DNA of 64,000 nt, from the NCBI GenBank assembly GCA_964344565.1, contig CAYFNT010000020.1:3881-67880 (forward strand), in the 5' to 3' direction. Source of the DNA: an uncultured bacterium (lineage in GTDB: Bacteria > Krumholzibacteriota > Krumholzibacteriia > JACNKJ01). Positions 60,010 through 64,000 of this stretch are shown piece by piece; within the stretch, counting starts at the first letter, position 1, and every line of letters begins with the position of its first letter. The position numbers and the translations under genes were made by a program. The notes under the pieces are model-generated. The model saw only the letters and a list, made by a program, of their open reading frames with translations, was not told the origin of the DNA and searched no databases.

Positions 60010-62694
60010 ATGTTCCCCCGCCGATTCCTGGTCCTGCTCGCCGCCCTCTTCCTCGCTCTTCCCGCCTCGGCCGGCGATCTGGAGCGCTACGAACTGGACA
60101 ACGGCCTGGAGATCCTCATGAAGGAGGCCCATGGCGGCCCCATGGTGGCCTCCATCGTGAGCATCGGCGCCGGCGCGCGCTGGGAGGATGCCGACAGCTA
60201 CGGCGCCAGTCACTACCTGGAGCACATGGTCTTCAACGGCACCCGCCACCGATCCCGCGAGGACATCAACGAGGGCATCAAGGAGATCGGCGGATACATC
60301 AACGCCTTCACCCGCCGGGAGTACACCTGCTATATCCTGCTGATTCCCAGCAAATACCTGCGGGAGGGGCTGTCGATCCAGGCCGACATGCTCTACGGCT
60401 CCATTCTCCCCCCCGAGGAGTTCGACAAGGAGAAGCTCGTGGTCCTCGAGGAGATGCGAAAGGACCTCGACAGCGGCAGCTACGAGGGCGAGAACCTGCG
60501 CCGGTCGGTGCTGCTGGGCGGCACGCCCTACGAGCATCCCATTCTGGGCACCTTCGAGACCATCGACGCCCAGGATCGCGAATCGGTCTTCGAGTACTAC
60601 CGGCGTCAGTACGTGCCGGCCAACAGCCGGGTCTTCCTGGTGGGCGACTTCGAACCCGAATCCGCCCGCGCTCTCATGGGCGAGATATTCGGCAGGCACG
60701 AGGGCGAGAAGCCCGAAGCCCCCGAAGCCGTAAAGCTCGAATGGAACGCGGAGCCCAGCTTCGACTGGATCCACGTGGACGAGGGCACCACCCGCCTCAG
60801 CTTCACCTGGCCCGCCCCCGGCATCGAGACCGGCGCCTATCCGGCGCAGCTGGTCCTGACGAGCCTGCTTTCCGATCCCCACCGCTCGCCTCTGGCCGGC
60901 ATGGACGCGAGCTTCCACGTGGAGCTCTTCGAGGGCTTCTCCCTCATGAGCATGGACATTGAAGTCAGCGAGAAGCCGGTGCCCGAACTGCTGGACGAAC
61001 TGGCCGCCCTCTGGCCGACACTCGCCGAGTGGGCCCCCGAGGCCGATCTCATCGAAGAGGCCGCCCACGGCCTGCGGGTGGAGGACAGCTTCCTCGCCGA
61101 CACCTATCACTACTTCGCCATGATGAAGTCCGCCGAACTGCACCTGGGCGGGTTTCCCTTCCTTTCGAACTACCTGGATGAGCTGAAGAAGCTCAGGCCC
61201 CGTGAGGTGCGAGCCGCGTTGGAAAGCAGCATCCTGGCCTCGGCGCCGAAGATCATCGTCATGAGCCAGGAGGACGCGCCCGCGCCGCCCACGCAGCGGG
61301 AGCTGGCTGCCTTCGAGCCCAGCGACATCACCCTGCGCCTCGCGGGCGAGCGCCCGGCGAGCAAGTGGGAACGCGCCCGAGCCATGCTGGGCGGCGGCGG
61401 CGGTCCGGCTCGGGCCAAGGGCCTGGAGACCCGGCGCGAGCTGCTGCCCAACGGCATGACCCTGCTCGTGAAGAGCGATCCGGGCAGCGAGGTCTTCGCC
61501 GCGCACCTGCTGGTGAAGGGACGCTCGCTCATGGAACCCGAGGGCAAGGACGGCATGGTGGATCTCATGCAGCGCCTTCTCGCCACCGGCACGGAGCGGC
61601 ACAGCGAGGAAGAGATCGACGCCCTGCTCGCGGGAATGGGCGCCCAGATCAAGGTCAGCGACAATCCCTGGATCCCCTTCGACGACTACTACAGTCGAGA
61701 GGACTTCAGCTTCATCCGCCTGGAGACCCTCGACGAGTCCGCCGGCGATGCCATGGCCCTCATGGCCGAACTCATCAGCGAGGCGAACTTCCCCGCACCG
61801 GCCTTCGAGCAGGAGCGGGGCAAGATGATCGGCGCCCTGTCCATGGGGGGGCAGCGCCCGTCCGCGGCCGCCCGACAGGCCAGCTACGAAACCATCTTCA
61901 AGGGCGGTCCCCGCGGCCGCGCGCTCTCGGGAAGCCCCCGCAGCCTGGGCATGATCACTCCCGAGGATCTGCGCGATTTCCGGGCGCGCTACTACGATCC
62001 CTCGCGGATGATCCTGTCGGTGGCCACGGGGCTGCCGGCCGAGAACGCCCTGGCCATCCTGCGAAGCGAGTTCGGCGATTTCGAAGCCGGCGGCGAGACG
62101 CTGCCGGCCACGGCCCTGGCCGAGGGCGCCGCGGAAGTCCTCCTGCCCATGGACAAGCAGCAGGTGGCGCTGAGGGCCACGCGGCTGCTGCCCGAGAGCG
62201 CCGCGCTGGATCCTTCCCTGCCGGCCCTGGTCAGCATCCTGTCGGCGCGCATGGGTCTGGAGCTGCGCGAGAAGCAGGGCCTGGCCTATTCGGTGGGGGC
62301 GGGGCTCGGATCGCGCCCCGGACTGGCGCCGGGGGAGGCCGGCTTCAGTCTGCTGAGCCTGTCGATGTCCACGGCCGCGGCGAACCGGGAGGTCGCCATG
62401 GAGGGCATGAGGGGTGAACTGCGCCGCATGGTGGACGATCCGCCCAGCCGCCGTGAGATATACCGCGCGGTCAACGGTACATGGGGCCGCCTGCTCATGC
62501 GGAACCTGTCGCGGATCTATCAGGCCTACAGCATGGGCCTGGCCGAACACCTCGGGGAGGACCCTTTTGCTGCCCCGGGAGGCAATATCGACCACCAGAG
62601 GAACGCCAAATCCCAGGAGTTGGCGGCCCTGGCCGAGGAAATCCTCGTGACGGAGGATTGGATCTGGGTCATGGCCGGAGGGGGCCTGGACTAG
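60010..62694 (+). CDS. M16 (pitrilysin) zinc peptidase, exported, fused halves
   Basis: LDNGL, SHYLEHMVFNGT (HxxEH), INAFT, VVLEE; second half LPNGM and LREKQGLAYSV. Confidence 0.93.
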   Translation: MFPRRFLVLLAALFLALPASAGDLERYELDNGLEILMKEAHGGPMVASIVSIGAGARWEDADSYGASHYLEHMVFNGTRHRSREDINEGIKEIGGYINAFTRREYTCYILLIPSKYLREGLSIQADMLYGSILPPEEFDKEKLVVLEEMRKDLDSGSYEGENLRRSVLLGGTPYEHPILGTFETIDAQDRESVFEYYRRQYVPANSRVFLVGDFEPESARALMGEIFGRHEGEKPEAPEAVKLEWNAEPSFDWIHVDEGTTRLSFTWPAPGIETGAYPAQLVLTSLLSDPHRSPLAGMDASFHVELFEGFSLMSMDIEVSEKPVPELLDELAALWPTLAEWAPEADLIEEAAHGLRVEDSFLADTYHYFAMMKSAELHLGGFPFLSNYLDELKKLRPREVRAALESSILASAPKIIVMSQEDAPAPPTQRELAAFEPSDITLRLAGERPASKWERARAMLGGGGGPARAKGLETRRELLPNGMTLLVKSDPGSEVFAAHLLVKGRSLMEPEGKDGMVDLMQRLLATGTERHSEEEIDALLAGMGAQIKVSDNPWIPFDDYYSREDFSFIRLETLDESAGDAMALMAELISEANFPAPAFEQERGKMIGALSMGGQRPSAAARQASYETIFKGGPRGRALSGSPRSLGMITPEDLRDFRARYYDPSRMILSVATGLPAENALAILRSEFGDFEAGGETLPATALAEGAAEVLLPMDKQQVALRATRLLPESAALDPSLPALVSILSARMGLELREKQGLAYSVGAGLGSRPGLAPGEAGFSLLSLSMSTAAANREVAMEGMRGELRRMVDDPPSRREIYRAVNGTWGRLLMRNLSRIYQAYSMGLAEHLGEDPFAAPGGNIDHQRNAKSQELAALAEEILVTEDWIWVMAGGGLD

Positions 62695-63016
62695 GAATCC
62701 CCTATATCGCACGGTAAGTGTTTGGAAATAAACAGGATTTAAAACCGCTATTCCAGCAAGGTTTTAGGATAATATGTGTCTAAATCCGAATAATTCCGCT
62801 ATTTCGAATGCCATCCCGGCCTTGCAAGTCCTGTTTACTAGGGGGGTTGTGGGAACACGATTCCTGTTTGTTAGGCTAGCCTTTTTCCGTTTCGGCTTGA
62901 CTTGGCCTTTACTTTGCGTCATACTTCGCACGTTCAGTTGTGAAGACCCGAACAGACACCCCCACTAAACCGAAATTCCACTCCGGCATGCCGGGATACC
63001 GAAAAAGGAGATTGCC

Positions 63017-63868
63017 ATGGCCGGCGCAATCTTCAACCAGTCCGAGAGCGAAACCCTGAACGCCTACCTGCAGTCCATCGGCGGCTTCAACAGCCTGACC
63101 CGTGAGCAGGAAGCTACAACGACCGTCAAGATCCGCGCAGGGGACGAAAAGGCTCTCGAGCTTCTCATCCAGTCGAACCTCAAGTTCGTCGTCTCCATCG
63201 CCAAGCAGTATGTGGGACAGGGTCTCGGTCTGCTCGACCTGATCAACGAGGGCAACCTCGGTCTGATCAAGGCCGCCTATCGCTTCAATGAGAAGAAGGG
63301 CTTCAAGTTCATCTCCTACGCCGTGTGGTGGATCCGTCAGTCCATCATGCAGGCCATCGTGGAGCAGGGGAACATCGTTCGTCTGCCCATGAACAAGGCG
63401 AACATCCTCTATCAGCTTCGCAAGGCCAACCGTCGCCTCTGGGACGAGCTGGGCCGCGCCCCCTCCACGGGAGAGCTGGGCAAGGCCATGGGCATCACCG
63501 AGGAAGTGATCAACGAGATCCAGTTCGCCACGAACACCTATCGCAGCCTCGACGAGCCCATCGGCACCGAGGAAGATCACATCCTCATGAATACGCTCGA
63601 GGATGAGAACGAGCCGAGCCCCTCGGACAATCTCAACAAGAGCGAATTCCACATGCTGCTGTCGGAGGCCCTGGATTCCCTGAATCCCCGCGAGGCCATG
63701 ATCCTGCGGAACTACTACGGTCTGGGCGACCGCGAGCCGCAGACCCTCGAGGAGATCGGCAAGGAGCTGGGGATCAGCCGTGAGCGCGTTCGCCAGGTGA
63801 AGGTGAAAGCGCTGAACAAGATCCGCAACAGCCAGGTGGGACGCCGTCTCAGCGAGCACGCCGACTGA
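63017..63868 (+). CDS. RNA polymerase sigma70 factor, RpoD/SigA family without region 1.1
   Basis: NLKFVVSIAKQY, DLINEGNLGL, GFKFISYAVWWIRQSI, TLEEIG..SRERVRQ. Confidence 0.95.
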   Translation: MAGAIFNQSESETLNAYLQSIGGFNSLTREQEATTTVKIRAGDEKALELLIQSNLKFVVSIAKQYVGQGLGLLDLINEGNLGLIKAAYRFNEKKGFKFISYAVWWIRQSIMQAIVEQGNIVRLPMNKANILYQLRKANRRLWDELGRAPSTGELGKAMGITEEVINEIQFATNTYRSLDEPIGTEEDHILMNTLEDENEPSPSDNLNKSEFHMLLSEALDSLNPREAMILRNYYGLGDREPQTLEEIGKELGISRERVRQVKVKALNKIRNSQVGRRLSEHAD

Positions 63869-63892
63869 TCAAAGCGACATCGATTGTTTCGA

Positions 63893-63921
63893 GCCCCGCC
63901 TCCCGAGAGGCGGGGTTTTTT
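63893..63921 (+). terminator. Intrinsic terminator
   Basis: gccccgcctc-ccga-gaggcggggt followed by T run. Confidence 0.85.
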
Positions 63922-64000
63922 CGTGCGCTCGCGGCCATTTCGCCGAAATCCGCTTCGCAGACTCGGAGCCGCTCGGCGAATAGCCCTGTCTAAGTGCACT

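Noticed and set aside
62695..63016. AT-rich gap before the sigma gene as an ncRNA or small ORF
   Set aside because: No recognisable RNA fold or convincing coding signal; most simply a promoter region

Overview
GC-rich bacterial chromosome segment. The gene content points to an FCB-superphylum organism such as Krumholzibacteriota/Latescibacterota (inference): PorX-type REC-PglZ regulator, FlgD/T9SS-like CTD cargo, region-1.1-less RpoD, and a secreted protein ending in SFSTLKVLY. The housekeeping backbone has a PyrR-attenuated pyr operon (pyrR-B-C-TPR-K-D-F-E), nucleotide-sugar genes, serS-HK-PorX-tsaE-tsaB-rimI-PNP-accD-folC, LonC, malK-ROK-lptD-HU, an M16 peptidase and a sigma70. Accessory inserts interrupt it: an HNH gene tied to a 16-bp palindrome, an HDOD-GGDEF gene, a three-gene chaperone-usher-like pilus locus, and a small-gene island with remnants. 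Best observations: (1) a split ORF that is really one secreted CxU selenoprotein with a SECIS-like hairpin, a degenerate phosphoesterase fold and four c-type heme motifs; (2) an HNH/palindrome element with a related solo palindrome; (3) the non-canonical pilus locus; (4) a HemC lacking its catalytic residues. I saw no rRNA, tRNA or CRISPR array. All calls are by eye, without database searches.
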